This document shows, in pieces, positions 11,295 through 22,235 of a stretch of DNA of 64,000 nucleotides (the first letter of the stretch is position 1; the number at the start of each line of letters is the position of its first letter). This DNA comes from an uncultured Verrucomicrobiae bacterium (lineage in GTDB: Bacteria > Verrucomicrobiota > Verrucomicrobiia > Chthoniobacterales > JAFAMB01). The stretch spans positions 70 to 64,069 of the forward strand of contig CAWEGF010000013.1 of the NCBI GenBank assembly GCA_963808535.1. Reading direction: 5' to 3'. The translations under genes and the position numbers were made by a program. The notes under the pieces are model-generated. The model searched no databases, had not been told where the DNA came from, and saw only the letters and a program-made list of their open reading frames with translations.

Positions 11295-12058
11295 TCAGAG
11301 ATATTGGGTGATCTCGGCCATCGAGGCTCGGCTGACAAACATCAGCAGCATCCCCGCCCTTCGCTGGCATTTAAAATGCCAGCCATCCCTTTCTTCGAAT
11401 CCGTCGCTTACCTTGATGGAACGAACGGCCTGTTCGTCGATGACAAATACATGGAGCAGTTCTCCGCTTGGCAGCCGAAAGCAAGTTAAAGAGAGTTCCT
11501 GGCCTTTCCAGTGAAGTGTCTTGCAACCCACCGCCGGAAGATCAAGGAGCGAACCGGGCAGAAAAGGAATACATGGAGCCTTCATCTCCGTGAGGTATTC
11601 CTGAGTGCGGGAAAAGTCAGCGGTCACCAGGTCCAACTCTGGCGCTGGTGCAGAGCTGAGCATTTGCAGATTCGCCTTTTGGTATTGTTCGATCGATGCG
11701 GACCTTGGCCCATTCTCGATATAAAGCGGGAGCAGGATGGCCCCGCTCAATACCAGCACCGCTGCCAAAGCCAGGTAAGGCATGAAGGTGAAGCGGCGTT
11801 TTTCGGGGAACGATTGGCGATTCCGGCCACAATCGTTGAATACAGCGTCGCCGGCGGCTGGACCTCAGCCAATTTTTCGGCGATCAGCAAGTCGAAAGAG
11901 CGCTGTTCCTTGAACCATGCCGCCAATTCAGGGTCGCGCGAAGCCTGCTCCAGGGCCGCGTGAAAGACCGGGTCCCGCGCGTCCGCACCGTTTGGGCGAT
12001 AAGCGTTCAGCACGAACTTCGCGGATTCATTCGTGATTTCAGTGCGCGGCGTCTTCAT
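11295..12058 (-). pseudogene. Putative membrane-anchored anti-sigma factor, one frame change at ~11780
   Basis: Overlaps the stop of the upstream ECF sigma gene by 20 nt. The N-terminal piece 11747-12058 and the piece 11295-11783 (TM segment YLALAAVLVLSGAILLPLY, then an extracytoplasmic domain) join into one protein. Function is inferred from context. Confidence 0.45.
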
Positions 12059-12599
12059 CTTTATTCAATGGGATAATTTTATCGCTGTTCTCCGAAATCG
12101 CGGCGGCCAAAATGACTTTCAGTTGTTCCTTGCCTCGGGAAAGGCGGGACATCACGGTTCCTATCGGGATATCGAGAGTTTGGGCGATCTCTTTATAGGA
12201 AAGTTCGCTCAAATAGAACAATTCCACTGCTGTCCGATAAGTAGGCTCAATTTCGCTTAGCGCGTCGATCACCGCCTTGGCATCCAGGGCCCGCAAGGCA
12301 TCCGTGGAAAGCGAGGGGCCATCGTGGATTTCCGGACGGAATTCCACATGCGGATGGCTTGATTGGATGCGGAGCGCTCGGAGAAATTCCCGTCGAAGCG
12401 TCGTGAACAACCAACATTTTACCTTCGAAGTGTCGCGAATCTGGTGCGAGCGCTGAGCGAGGATAAAGAAAGTTTGTTGAGTCAAATCACCCGCTTCCGC
12501 TTCGTTCTTGGTCAGTGACAAAGCGAATCGGTAGAGGGAGGTATAAAACCGGCCAACAATCGCTTCCAGGTCTATTTCGTGCGTCACAAGTCTTTCCAA
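12039..12599 (-). CDS. ECF-type RNA polymerase sigma-70 family factor (start uncertain, TTG/GTG near 12587-12599)
   Basis: Region 2: FYTSLYRFALSLTKNEAEAGDLTQQTFF..CWLFTTLRREF. Region 4: TAVELFYLSELSYKEIAQTLDIPIGTVMSRLSRGKEQL. Confidence 0.8.
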   Translation of the reverse strand: MERLVTHEIDLEAIVGRFYTSLYRFALSLTKNEAEAGDLTQQTFFILAQRSHQIRDTSKVKCWLFTTLRREFLRALRIQSSHPHVEFRPEIHDGPSLSTDALRALDAKAVIDALSEIEPTYRTAVELFYLSELSYKEIAQTLDIPIGTVMSRLSRGKEQLKVILAAAISENSDKIIPLNKDEDAAH

Positions 12600-12924
12600 A
12601 CGTAATAAGCTTACTATTCTGAGAGGCTGAAGCGCCGGGAATATTCCGCCGCCACCCTTTCGTAGGATGATCCACCGCCTGACCAGGAAATGGCCCTGGC
12701 GACTCAATCGGATCTCGCTGCCCCGAACTGTTCACCGGTTCCGATGAACCAACCGTCGATGTCGGTGCGGCCGCCTGTAGCCGGATGGCCAAGCGATTTC
12801 CAGCCACCACCCCGAGCACGATCCCTCCTTACCTCAACTCTCCGCGCTCTTCCACTCCCTCCCCGCGTCCTCGCCTTCTCCCGGCTCGGCAGGAACGAAA
12901 TGTTTCTTTCAGTAACTTAGTTGA

Positions 12925-13871
12925 TCAGTAAATCTCGACCGTCATGCCGACCGTCACCTGATTGACGACTCGAGCCGCGTCCCAGTTTGCCAGGCGGATG
13001 CAGCCGTGGCTGGCCGATCGGCCGACCGTTTCCGGGTTGTCGGTTCCATGGATCCCAATGCCTCTTTTGTTCAGGCCAATCCAGATTACGCCAACCGGAT
13101 TGCGGGGCCCGGGCGGGATAGTGTAAAAAGCGCTGCTTCGCCGCCCATGCTGCAACATGGCTTCATCCCAACGGAAGATTGGCATGGTCGTGACTTTCAC
13201 GACTTTCCAGGTACCAATCGGCGCGGGCAAACTTTTAGAGCCAGGGGTTATCGGAAAAGAGGCGATGACTCGGTTTGGCATCGACCAAGTCGAGCATCCG
13301 GGCTCTTGGTATCAACTTTAATAACCCGTGGCAAAAACTCTGGCCTGGGCGGCATATCTGCTACCGGGGGAAAGGACTCGATCTGGAACGGTTGCACATT
13401 AGGTACCTGGAGAGTGCTGCCTTTTTTTAAATCGTCCAGATTCCGGCCCGGATTCAGTTTGCGGATAAAAGCCGGATCAGCATGATAGCGTTCGGCGATA
13501 TAATCTAACGGGGAGCCATACAAAATTTTCTTTAGTTTAGCCATCTCCGCCGGCTTGGCCGGCAGCTTCCCCACCCAAGCCAGATCGGCGTCTGTCAGGG
13601 TAAAAGGCGTATAGACCGGCGAAATCTTTTGTAATTCCTGTCGCAGAGCCGAATCGATCTGCCCGGACGGTGTTTGGCCGTTGGCGGCCTGGAAACGCGC
13701 CAACGCCTTGCCAATGAACTCGCCCCAACGCCCATCGATTTTACCAGGCCCAAATGAATGCTCGTCCAGGTAGATTTGTAGCCGGGTGACGGTGTCCTGG
13801 TCTAGAGGCTGGAGAATTCGTGGGTCCCTTAGCGTATCCGGAAAGTACGAACGCAAAGGTTGAAAAAGCAA
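12925..13871 (-). pseudogene. L,D-transpeptidase (YkuD domain) with N-terminal peptidoglycan-binding repeats, one frame change at ~13270
   Basis: Catalytic motif IHGTDNPETVGRSASHGCIRLANWD in 12925-13281. PG_binding-like LQIYLDEHSFGPGKIDGRWGEF.. in 13248-13871. Confidence 0.8.
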
Positions 13872-14194
13872 AAAAGAGGGTGCGGATCAGCATAGTAGTA
13901 AGTAATTCACCGGAAGCCCATACATACCACAGGAGGATGTTGCGAGGTGCCTAAAGATTCCCTCGCGCATTCGTCGGTGCAGGAGTTCGTTGACCTGGTC
14001 GTACCGTTGCGAAAATGGGGCGAAGCGTCCCATTTGCGGGTGAACGCCACGAACAATCTCCCTTCCAACCCGGCAAATTTTGCCGGGTAGCCCGAATGAG
14101 GCCGGTGAACGCAAAGACCAAGCAGAACATGATTCTTCATTACTTGTTCATTATGAATGCATTATAACTCATACTCGGAATGCTCAAGAGGTGT

Positions 14195-14210
14195 TGGCAT
14201 GTAACGTGCT
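14195..14210 (+). promoter_or_regulatory. Candidate sigma-54 (-24/-12) promoter element
   Basis: TGGCAT-GTAAC-GTGCT has GG and GC at the canonical spacing of TGGCAC-N5-TTGC, 20 nt upstream of ATG 14230. It is a single-site match. Confidence 0.25.
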
Positions 14211-14229
14211 ATGGTGTGCTCAGGTGAAC

Positions 14230-15015
14230 ATGGCCGATCCTCTTTTAATAAGTCCAACTGTGTCTCTGAAACCGGAGACGGTGATCAGACCTAGTTCTCT
14301 CACCAATGATGAAAGGGTGTTTCAGCGTCTGCTTGAAGAGCACCTGCCCCGCGTTCGATTGATTGTGGAACGCATCAGACGCCGATTGCCGAGCACGATC
14401 GACGCCGACGACTTATACAGCATTGGAGTCACTGGCCTGGTGGCGGCCGCGCGGAATTACCGGCCAGCCCAGGAACGAAGCTTTGGGAGTTACGCCAATA
14501 CCCGAATTAAGGGAGCTATATTAGACGAGCTCCGACGAATGGACTCCATGAGCCGGGCGAACCGCTCTAAATCCAAGCGACTCGGAAGTGCCATTTCCAA
14601 ATTAGAACAGGCCAATGGAGGCAGCGTTTCCCAAGCCTCACTCTGCGCTGAAATGCAGCTGACGGAAGTGGAATTAGCGGAACTTCAGGAGGACGTGCAG
14701 GAAGTGCGGTTTGTCTCCCTGGACGATCATCAAGGCGAGTCGGAAGACCAGTCCCTCCACGATATGATTCCGGATGAGTCCTGGGTTTCTGCCTCGGACG
14801 TGTTAGAACGGAAAGAAGTTTGGGCTTTGCTCGGGCATAGAATGGCTAAACTGCCGGACATCCAGAAAAAGGTCCTGGCTATGTATTATCACGAGAATAT
14901 GAAGCTGTCCGAGATCGCCGCCTGTTTCGGTTTGACTGAATCACGCATCTGCCAGATCCACACGCAAACGGTGGCCGTGTTGCGCAACTACCTGGCCAAT
15001 TTGAACTGCTTGTAA
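14230..15015 (+). CDS. FliA/WhiG (sigma-28) family RNA polymerase sigma factor
   Basis: DLYSIGVTGLVAAARNYRP..FGSYANTRIKGAILDELRRMD (region 2). KKVLAMYYHENMKLSEIAACFGLTESRICQIHTQTVAVLR (region 4). Confidence 0.75.
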   Translation: MADPLLISPTVSLKPETVIRPSSLTNDERVFQRLLEEHLPRVRLIVERIRRRLPSTIDADDLYSIGVTGLVAAARNYRPAQERSFGSYANTRIKGAILDELRRMDSMSRANRSKSKRLGSAISKLEQANGGSVSQASLCAEMQLTEVELAELQEDVQEVRFVSLDDHQGESEDQSLHDMIPDESWVSASDVLERKEVWALLGHRMAKLPDIQKKVLAMYYHENMKLSEIAACFGLTESRICQIHTQTVAVLRNYLANLNCL

Positions 15016-15063
15016 AAGATTAACTAACTAAAGACCTCACTCTCATTCTCTAATCGCGAATTT

Positions 15064-15279
15064 ATGACTAAAATTGGGCTGAATCCAGAACCACATTTTC
15101 GACCAGTTCTAATGGTCGACAAATTCCCTACCACCGCTTATGTAGCGAGCCGATTGCAGAAGGTCGGTTGGGATTCTGTTTATGGAGTATCCCTGCTTAA
15201 CATCTTCCGAGACGATCTAGTCCGGGAATGTGGAAGCCATTTTGCTGACGTTTTGAGAAGTTTCCGCCGGGCCATCTGA
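15064..15279 (+). CDS. Hypothetical protein (71 aa)
   Basis: Open frame only. Confidence 0.2.
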   Translation: MTKIGLNPEPHFRPVLMVDKFPTTAYVASRLQKVGWDSVYGVSLLNIFRDDLVRECGSHFADVLRSFRRAI

Positions 15280-15366
15280 GACTCGGAAGCCCTCGCCTCA
15301 CTGGTGAAACAAACAGCAAATGTTTGCGCAAATCACCAAGGAGACTTGGTGCACCAGGGGTCGGAA

Positions 15367-18020
15367 CTATCGAACTAACCGTTTCGCGTATTGGACGGTG
15401 TCAATCTCTCGAACGTTTTTTTCCCGGCGAATCGCTTTGATGCGCGGAAAACGGAGAGCCAACCCGCTGGCGTGACGGTCGCTCGGTTGAACCGCATTGA
15501 AAGCGACCTCGAGAACTATTTCGGGAGTAACCTGCCGATAATGGCCCGCTTGGCGGATCGTGGTGCGCAGGAAGTGTTCGGTGAGCTCTTCGATTTCTTC
15601 GTCGCGGAGGCCGGAATAAGCCTTGCCAATAGTTTGGAGGTCACCGGTCTTTTCGTCACGGACTGAGAACGTGTAATCACTAAGAAGATGACTGCGTTTG
15701 CCATGACCCTGTTCGACACCGACGACCACGACATCCAGGGTTGCTAGCTCCTTTTTGAATTTTATCCAACTGCCACCGCGGCTCCCGGGAGTATAGAGGC
15801 TGTCGGCATCTTTAATCATCAAGCCTTCCTGACCTTCCTGCCGGGCTGTTTGATAAGCTTCGGTGATCTCTTCGCTCGAAGCGACTTCCCGGATGGCGGA
15901 AACTTTTACCCGCGCTGGAAGGATTAATTGATTTAAGCGCCGCCGCCGCTCCCGCAATGGTAATTTCAACAAGGTCTCGCCGTCCAGTCGGAGCAGGTCA
16001 AACGCTATATAGTGAACTGGGACATCTTCAGTTTCAAAGAGGTCGAGAGAGCGTTTCCTGCCCAGCCTTCTTTGCAGATCAAAAAAGGAGAGACTTTTCT
16101 CCCCGCTAAAGGCGACGATTTCGCCATCAAGAACCAGGTCTTGTCCGAACGGAAGTCCGGTTAGTTCCGGAAATTCTCCTGAAATGTTGCGCAAATCCCG
16201 GCTGAACAATTCCGTCCGGTCCGGGGAGGCATGGAGTTGGGCACGAATGCCATCGTACTTCGCTTCGGCCAAGAGCGGTTTGGGACGGGAACTCCGAGTG
16301 CACCCGGTCCCAGATCGCTTCGGCGGAAGGTTCGGGGATTGCTAACATACATCGAACGGGTCGAAATAGGGTGAGGTTGGCCCTATCAAGTTGATCGGTT
16401 TTCGCGAGGCGGGCTGTCTCACCGATATCCCCCGTTAGCATGTTGGCTTCCTTAACCTGCTCCAGCTGAGCACCGAAGGCGGCGGCAATCGCCTCTTCCA
16501 ACAGTCCTTCCTTTAAACCGATCCGGAGATCTCCGGTCAGGATACGAATGATGTAGCTTCCGCTTTCGGGATCAACCATCCGAAGCCAGTCGGTCAGCAG
16601 TGCTGCTTTTGCCATGGGGCCGCTCGCCGCTTGTAAGGCTGCGAATCGCTCCGAAACCTCCTCGATGCCCATCCCGATGGCCGTCGGTACGACCTAATAA
16701 AACCTCGTAAGCGACCCGCCCGGCGTCTCCGTAGCCCGCGGAAATACTGCGAAAATGGGTTTCACTCAGTCCGCTGGCCTGGATCAACGCTTTGCGAATC
16801 ACGGCCCAGCCGACTTGCAGGGTTTGCCCGGCGGAGCGTGAGAAAGCGTGGCCCGTCAAAAAGGTGGCGACTAGAGGTAGTTCATGGTCGGTGAGAGAAA
16901 TCAGGTAATTGGAGAGAACGGCCGTTTTTTTGAGCTTCCCGGTCAGGCTGGCGATTTGTTGGCAGATTTTGGAAAACTTCAGAAATCCAGAGTCAGTTAG
17001 TTCTTTGTTCTCTGGAGTCGTGAGCGAGCCCACGGTGGAGCTAACAATTGGCAGCGTTAATTCAAGTTGATTGTCTTCCCCAAGGCTCCAGGCGTCGATG
17101 CCACGGCGCCGGAGATCTTCGGCAAATTCATGGGCGAACCCGTGAACAGTGAAGACGCGCTGTGGTTGAACCAGTTCGACATATTTAACTAACTCAGGAT
17201 AGTCTGCGTGATCGGATAACGGGTAAGCCGCATCGCACTGATAACGATGAATGGTCGCTGGATTAAGCGCCCAGCCAGTTAGGATGGCGGTTCGCCGGTT
17301 CTTGATCCGTTGAACCAGCCTGGTCCGATTGGCCATAGGAGGGCAGATGACCACGCTCCCGGCCGTTTGACCCTCCTCGTATAAAGAATATTCGGGCAGG
17401 GGTGGATGCCACTGTTCGTAAAGTTTACTCATCCTGTAGACGCTAGGATGTAGCAGAATGCGAAGACCGCTCCCGTGCAGGGCGGCCAAAATTTCCTGCG
17501 CTTTTCCTAATGAGTATCCGAATAGGATCGGCACCAGATCTTCTTCCAGGGCCTCCAGGCAGAACTTCGTCACTTCGGCGATCACTTGCTCAACGGGTGG
17601 GAAAATGTATTTAGGCAGCCCGTAGGTGGTCTCCATGATCAAGGTGTCCGCCTGAAGCCAGGCAATCGGTTCCGCGGACAAGCCAGGCCTTAATTTAAAG
17701 TCTCCAGTGTAGAGTAGAGTTTCCTCACCCAACTTGATGTGGAGCTGGGCTGAGCCAAAGATGTGCCCCGCCGGGAGCAACGTGACGGTGGCTCCGCGAA
17801 AAGTTACCGGGGAATGAAAAGGGAGCCAGTGTTCTACTCGTCTGCCCGGCAGTCGCGCCGCCATCAGTTTGGCCGTGATTTCCGAGAGAATTACTTCTCG
17901 ATGATTCCCGATGTGGTCGGAATGGGCGTGGGAAACGAAAGCAGTGTCGCGTTCGTCTTTTGGATCTAGCCAGAGGTCCAACTCCGGGAGGAAAATCCCA
18001 CGTTCGAAGGTAACCTTCAT
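15367..18020 (-). pseudogene. Fused MBL/beta-CASP-type nuclease + ATP-dependent DNA ligase (~880 aa if two frame changes at ~16670 and ~16270 are repaired)
   Basis: 16572-18020 has FVSHAHSDHIG (HxHxDH) and ..PLSDHAD.., then continues without a stop into a ligase N-terminal domain-like sequence. 16127-16672 continues it. 15367-16272 has adenylation motif I AEAKYDGIR, EGLMIK, WIKFK and an OB-like C-terminus (LRFPRIKAIR). Confidence 0.8.
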
Positions 18021-18206
18021 TTCACCAATCTAATCATTTTGGAAGTAAACTAGAAGAATTCGGCCAACGCTTACCACTCTCCGGGTTGAAAAGACTTCTG
18101 GATTGGGCTCCCGGCTTGGCTGGGCAGCGGGGTGGTCTGACAAATTTTTTACACAACATTTACGGCGCTCTGACACACGGAATCAAAACCCACGCGAGGC
18201 TAACGG

Positions 18207-19532
18207 ATGAAAATAATTTTCCGGTGGTGCGGCATGGCGTTGGCGTTCGGTCTATCGAGTGTTGGGGCCACAACTCTTAATCTTCGGCTTGATCCCGATC
18301 GCCGGATGCTTCTGGCCGGTAAAGACCAAGAAGTAGTCGTCAAGATCGATTTGGATTCGGAGACCGGGCGAAGATCCAATCGGTCTCCACTCAACATCGC
18401 GGTGGTCATCGACCACTCCGGTTCGATGGCTGGGGCGAAAATTGAGAAAACCAAGCAGGCGGCGATGCAGTTGATCGATCAACTGACACCCCAAGATACT
18501 CTGGCTCTCATTGAGTTCGATGATCGGGTTACCGTCCTTTTTCCAAGCCAGCACGTCGTCGATCGCGAGGCGCTCAAGGCCCAGGTACAACGGATCGAAC
18601 CAGGCGGGAGCACCGCACTCTATGCCGGAGTCGAGGCGGGAGGAAAACAGCTTCTGGAAATCGAATCGAGAACCGAAAGGATCAATCGAGTTATCTTGCT
18701 CTCAGACGGGCTGGCGAATGTCGGACCGAGTTCGACATCTGCCCTGAAGTCTTTGGGCCGTTCATTGTCGCGCCAAGGTGTCTCGGTTTCGACGATCGGG
18801 GTGGGAGACGATTACAACGAAGATCTGATGGCCGGCCTCGCCGAAGCGAGCGATGCCAACTATTATTATGTCCAGGATGCCGAAAAGCTTCCGGAGATAT
18901 TTGCCAAAGAACTGGGAGGCTTGCAAACTGTGACGGCTCGAAATGTCAAAGTGGCTATCGCTTGCGGTGAGGGAGTCGAGCCGATTGATCTGATCGGACG
19001 TCCGGAAAAGTTTGTCGACCGGAAAGCGGTGGTTGAATTTAGCTCCTTCGCTTCCGGACAAAATCGTTATCTCTTTTTGCGCTGCCGAGTCAAAGCGAAC
19101 GAGGCGATATCCCAAATGGAACTGGCCTCGGTCAAAGTCACCTATCGCGATGAGGTCAATGGATCTGAAGAGGCGAACTCCGAGCAAAGCGTGCGGATCG
19201 GAGTGACCACCGACGAGAAGGAAGCGGCGGGTTCCCTTAACCAAACCATCGCGGCAGAACGGGAGTTGCAGTTGAACGCTTTAGTTAAAGATCAGGCCAT
19301 GTCCGCCGCCGATGAGGGAAAGTTCCAGGATGCGGCGCAATCTTTGCGGGCGAACGCCCAAAAACTCGACGCGGTGGCAGCGAGTGCCCCGATGCCGGTA
19401 AAAGAAAATCTAGAGTTACAGGCTCAACAACAGCGGGCGCGAGCCGAGGAGATCGAAGCCGGCGGGATGTCGAAATCGCTTCGAAAAGCGATCCACAGCG
19501 AGAGCTATGACAGAAAGAATGGAAAACAGTAG
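18207..19532 (+). CDS. Secreted von Willebrand factor type A (VWA) domain protein, YfbK-like
   Basis: N-terminal signal-like MKIIFRWCGMALAFGLSSVGA. MIDAS motif VVIDHSGSM, ..GGSTALYAG.., ILLSDGLANVG. A long C-terminal beta-rich and coiled region follows. Confidence 0.8.
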   Translation: MKIIFRWCGMALAFGLSSVGATTLNLRLDPDRRMLLAGKDQEVVVKIDLDSETGRRSNRSPLNIAVVIDHSGSMAGAKIEKTKQAAMQLIDQLTPQDTLALIEFDDRVTVLFPSQHVVDREALKAQVQRIEPGGSTALYAGVEAGGKQLLEIESRTERINRVILLSDGLANVGPSSTSALKSLGRSLSRQGVSVSTIGVGDDYNEDLMAGLAEASDANYYYVQDAEKLPEIFAKELGGLQTVTARNVKVAIACGEGVEPIDLIGRPEKFVDRKAVVEFSSFASGQNRYLFLRCRVKANEAISQMELASVKVTYRDEVNGSEEANSEQSVRIGVTTDEKEAAGSLNQTIAAERELQLNALVKDQAMSAADEGKFQDAAQSLRANAQKLDAVAASAPMPVKENLELQAQQQRARAEEIEAGGMSKSLRKAIHSESYDRKNGKQ

Positions 19533-19544
19533 CTGCGAGAAAAT

Positions 19545-19568
19545 GTCCAGGCCACTCGGCTGGCCTGG
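19545..19568 (+). terminator. Stem-loop after the VWA gene (9-bp stem, 6-nt loop), possible terminator
   Basis: TCCAGGCCA-CTCGGC-TGGCCTGGA lies 13 nt after stop 19532. No clear U-tract follows. Confidence 0.3.
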
Positions 19569-19681
19569 ATTAGTGTCGTTGGTCTGGCAGAATCAACTCG
19601 AGATCCCATGGTCAGGTTAGCTTAGATGAGCATGTCGACCTGCCATCTGCTCTGCCGAACTCTGGCCTTCTTGAATGGGGA

Positions 19682-21531
19682 ATGAGGAAATTTGCCCTGA
19701 TTTTTGTGTTAGCGGTTTTGTTGCCCAGCGTGGTGCTTGGTTGGCTGGCCCTGGATTCGCTACGCAACCAGGAATTCGTTTTTGAGCGGCAACAAGAACT
19801 GCTGCTGCAAGGAACGTCCGATACGTTGGCAGAGCGGATCCGGGGATTTCTAGGAGAGAAGCTAAACGAGTTTGGCAGGCAAGTGGATCAGCTGGCCACT
19901 GACCCGGACGCTGCCGGGTTCGACGAACGCATTCGCGCCGCCTGGCCGGACGCCAAGGTGGGATTTGTGGTCACCTTGAACGGGAAGTTAGTGGCGCCTT
20001 CCTCGAAAGGAAATGGATCTGCCCAACATTTTTTGGAAGCCAATAGCCGGTTCCTCACCAACGCGGAATCGGCTGAGGTTTATCAACAACCCAGCGCTCC
20101 AGCTCTGCGATCCGAGATCAGCCAAGTGAGAACCCGAGCCCCAGCGAGCCACGAAAAATGAAGGCGAGAAATCGATGGCTGGAAAATCGCCGCTTAAAAA
20201 GGATGAAGCTGCGACCCCCGAGCCGGTTCCGCAAAAAGCAGGGTCGTTCGAGTCGGCGGACGCCAAGGGCAAATCTGCCAAGGCGGCGCCGCCCGCGCCT
20301 GCCGCCAGTGCGCAGCGGATGATGGCGCGCTCCGTCAATCCTCAGAAAGAATTGAAACAAAGCGATACCTCAATATCAAATGTTCTGCCCGCCGAAGCAG
20401 AGTTTCATCAACTGATCGGCACCGCGATGTCTGGGAGCGTCGCTCGCTTCGTCGGGAACGAATTATTTGTCATTTTCTGGCACCGTACTACGACAAATCC
20501 AGAATTGGTTTTCGGCGTAGAAGTTGATCTCAGCCGGTTCACCAAGGATTTCGACCACCTGATTTTGCCGGATTATGATTTAGCAAAAACAATTTGTGTG
20601 GCCCTTTTGGATGACAAGGGGAAACCTGTCGTCACCACGAATCCCGAATTCGCCACCAACTGGAGACGGCCGTTTGTGGCCACCGAAGTGGGCGAGGTCT
20701 TACCGCATTGGGAAATCGGAGTCTATTTGTTAAATCCCAGTGCCGCTAATCAGATCGCGGCCACCTTTCAAAGGAGTGTTGGAGCCGCCATCGTGCTGCT
20801 GCTTGGCGCCATCGGTATCGGAAGCTGGCTGATCTGGCGGGATGTCGGCCGTCAAGTCCGGTTGGCCCGTCAGAAAACTGATTTCGTCAGCAACGTCTCG
20901 CATGAGTTAAAAACCCCTCTGACCTCTATTCGGATGTTTTCGGAATTGTTGGCCAATAATCCCGATGCGGACCGGCAAAAGCGGTATTCGGAAATCATTG
21001 TCAACGAATCATCCCGCCTTACGCGTCTGATCAACAACGTACTCGATTTCGCCCGGATGGATCGAGGCGAAACCAAATATGAAAAGGAGGTTTTTGATTT
21101 GAATGCGCTGGTCCGCGAGACCCTGACGAATTTCCGGCCGAACTTCGCCTCGGACAGGAGTCGGTTTAAGTCCCATCCCGGTGCTCGGCAATCGAGATGC
21201 CATCGCGCAGGTGCTCCTCAACCTTTTATCGAACGCCGAAAAATATGGTGCTGGGCAAATCGACGTCACGACCCAACGATTGCCGAACGGTCTCGCCACC
21301 GTCCAGGTTTGTGATCGTGGACCGGGAGTACCGCCTGGATCGGAGAAAAAGATTTTTGAGCAGTTTTACCGCGCCCACGATTCATTGAGCAGTGGGATTC
21401 AGGGGGCCGGGTTAGGTTTAACGTTGGCTCGCCAAATTGCCAGAGCCAACGGCGGCGACGTCAGTTACGAGCCGCGGCCAGGCGGCGGAAGTCAGTTTTC
21501 AATCAAAGTCAATTGTGCCGAGGTCGAATGA
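19682..21531 (+). pseudogene. Membrane sensor histidine kinase, two frame changes (~20165 and ~21170)
   Basis: N-terminal TM MRKFALIFVLAVLLPSVVLGWLAL. Second TM AAIVLLLGAIGIGSWLIW. H-box FVSNVSHELKTPLTSIRMF. N-box LLNLLSNAEKYG. G-boxes DRGPGVP and GAGLGLTLARQIA. Confidence 0.8.
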
Positions 21532-22235
21532 AAACCAAGATCCTGATCGTCGAGGATGATGCCAATATCAGGTTCGGCTTGCAGGAAGTTTTGCAGACTG
21601 AAGGTTTTGCCATCGCGGTTTGCGAACGTGGCGACTATGCAGTGGATGCTGTTATCAAAGAACAGCCGGCTCTCGTTTTGCTTGATATCATGCTGCCCGG
21701 GAGAAGTGGGTACGAAATTTGCCAGGAACTGCGGAAACGCAATATTTTTGTTTTAGTCCTGATGTTAACGGCCAAAGGCCAAGAAATTGAAAAGGTTGTT
21801 GGACTCGAATTGGGTGCCGACGATTACCTCACCAAGCCATTTGGGGTCAGAGAGTTAGTGGCCCGGATAAGAGCGCTCCTGCGACGCCCGTCTGCTCAGC
21901 CGTCCACTTCCGGGTCCTTCAAAATCGGCGAATCTTTGATCGATCCCGTGACCCTCACCTTATCTCGCGGCGACGTTCGGGAAAATCTTACCGCCAAGGA
22001 ATTGCATCTCCTGCAGATTTTTCATGATGCTCCGGAACAGGTCCTCTCTCGAGATCAATTGCTCTCGCGGGTTTGGGGCTACGAGTATCACGGGACGACG
22101 CGAACCCTCGATCAGGTGATCGTGCAGTTGCGCAAAAAATTGGGCGAATCCGGTCAACCAAAGTTAATCCTGACGGTTCATGGAATCGGCTATCGGCTGC
22201 GCGGAGGGCACTCGTCGGAAAAGTTAGACGCGTGA
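21528..22235 (+). CDS. OmpR-family response regulator (receiver + winged-helix)
   Basis: ATGA overlap with the kinase stop. MKTKILIVEDD.., LVLLDIMLPG, ADDYLTKPF, and C-terminal LTAKELHLLQIF..VWGYEY..RTLDQVIVQLRKKL. Confidence 0.9.
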   Translation: MKTKILIVEDDANIRFGLQEVLQTEGFAIAVCERGDYAVDAVIKEQPALVLLDIMLPGRSGYEICQELRKRNIFVLVLMLTAKGQEIEKVVGLELGADDYLTKPFGVRELVARIRALLRRPSAQPSTSGSFKIGESLIDPVTLTLSRGDVRENLTAKELHLLQIFHDAPEQVLSRDQLLSRVWGYEYHGTTRTLDQVIVQLRKKLGESGQPKLILTVHGIGYRLRGGHSSEKLDA

